Source: Hormiphora californensis (lineage: Eukaryota > Animalia > Ctenophora). Taken from it: a DNA stretch of 64,000 nucleotides. The notes below the pieces were generated by a model, which was not told the origin of the DNA, did not search any database, and saw nothing but the letters and a program-made list of their open reading frames with translations. How positions within the stretch are numbered: position 1 is the stretch's first letter; every line of letters begins with the position of its first letter. Location of the stretch: contig CM035354.1 of the NCBI GenBank assembly GCA_020137815.1, positions 8,618,001-8,682,000 of the forward strand, written 5' to 3'. The position numbers and the translations under genes were made by a program. Shown piece after piece: positions 1-64,000 of the stretch.

Positions 1-30
1 CCGTGAATGTACCCCTTAACTTTCTTCTAG

Positions 31-63882
<63,852 letters not shown>

Positions 63883-64000
63883 GTAAATATTTTTTGTAGA
63901 TAGTTGGGTGGTCTATGTCAATATTATCCCATCGTGGAGTTCAGGAAAAGAACACGATCTCCACTAGGTCAGAGGTCTCCATGTGTACTGTGTAGTCTTC

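Overview
Eukaryotic (animal) genomic DNA; the repeat landscape and gene style suggest a ctenophore or other early-branching invertebrate (inference, not verified). The whole window lies inside one giant + strand gene with neither start nor stop visible. I hand-traced 59 GT-AG exons (about 10.1 kb, about 3,380 aa, reading frame consistent end to end). They encode about 31 Ig-like domains, a discoidin/lectin-like domain, two Cys-rich ephrin-receptor-like repeats, two Sushi/CCP domains and a double furin-type site. The introns are packed with mobile DNA. There is one Penelope-like retroelement with an uninterrupted RT + GIY-YIG ORF, inverted pseudo-LTRs each carrying a minimal hammerhead ribozyme, and a candidate -1 frameshift from an Arg-rich upstream ORF. 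There are also non-autonomous Helitrons (including head-to-tail arrays), Helentron/HINE-like elements, TTAA-, TA- and 8-bp-TSD MITEs (many are near-perfect palindromes), a fold-back element carrying 5S rRNA promoter fragments, tRNA-like cassettes, LINE remnants and microsatellites. Coordinates were read by eye and may be off by a few bases.
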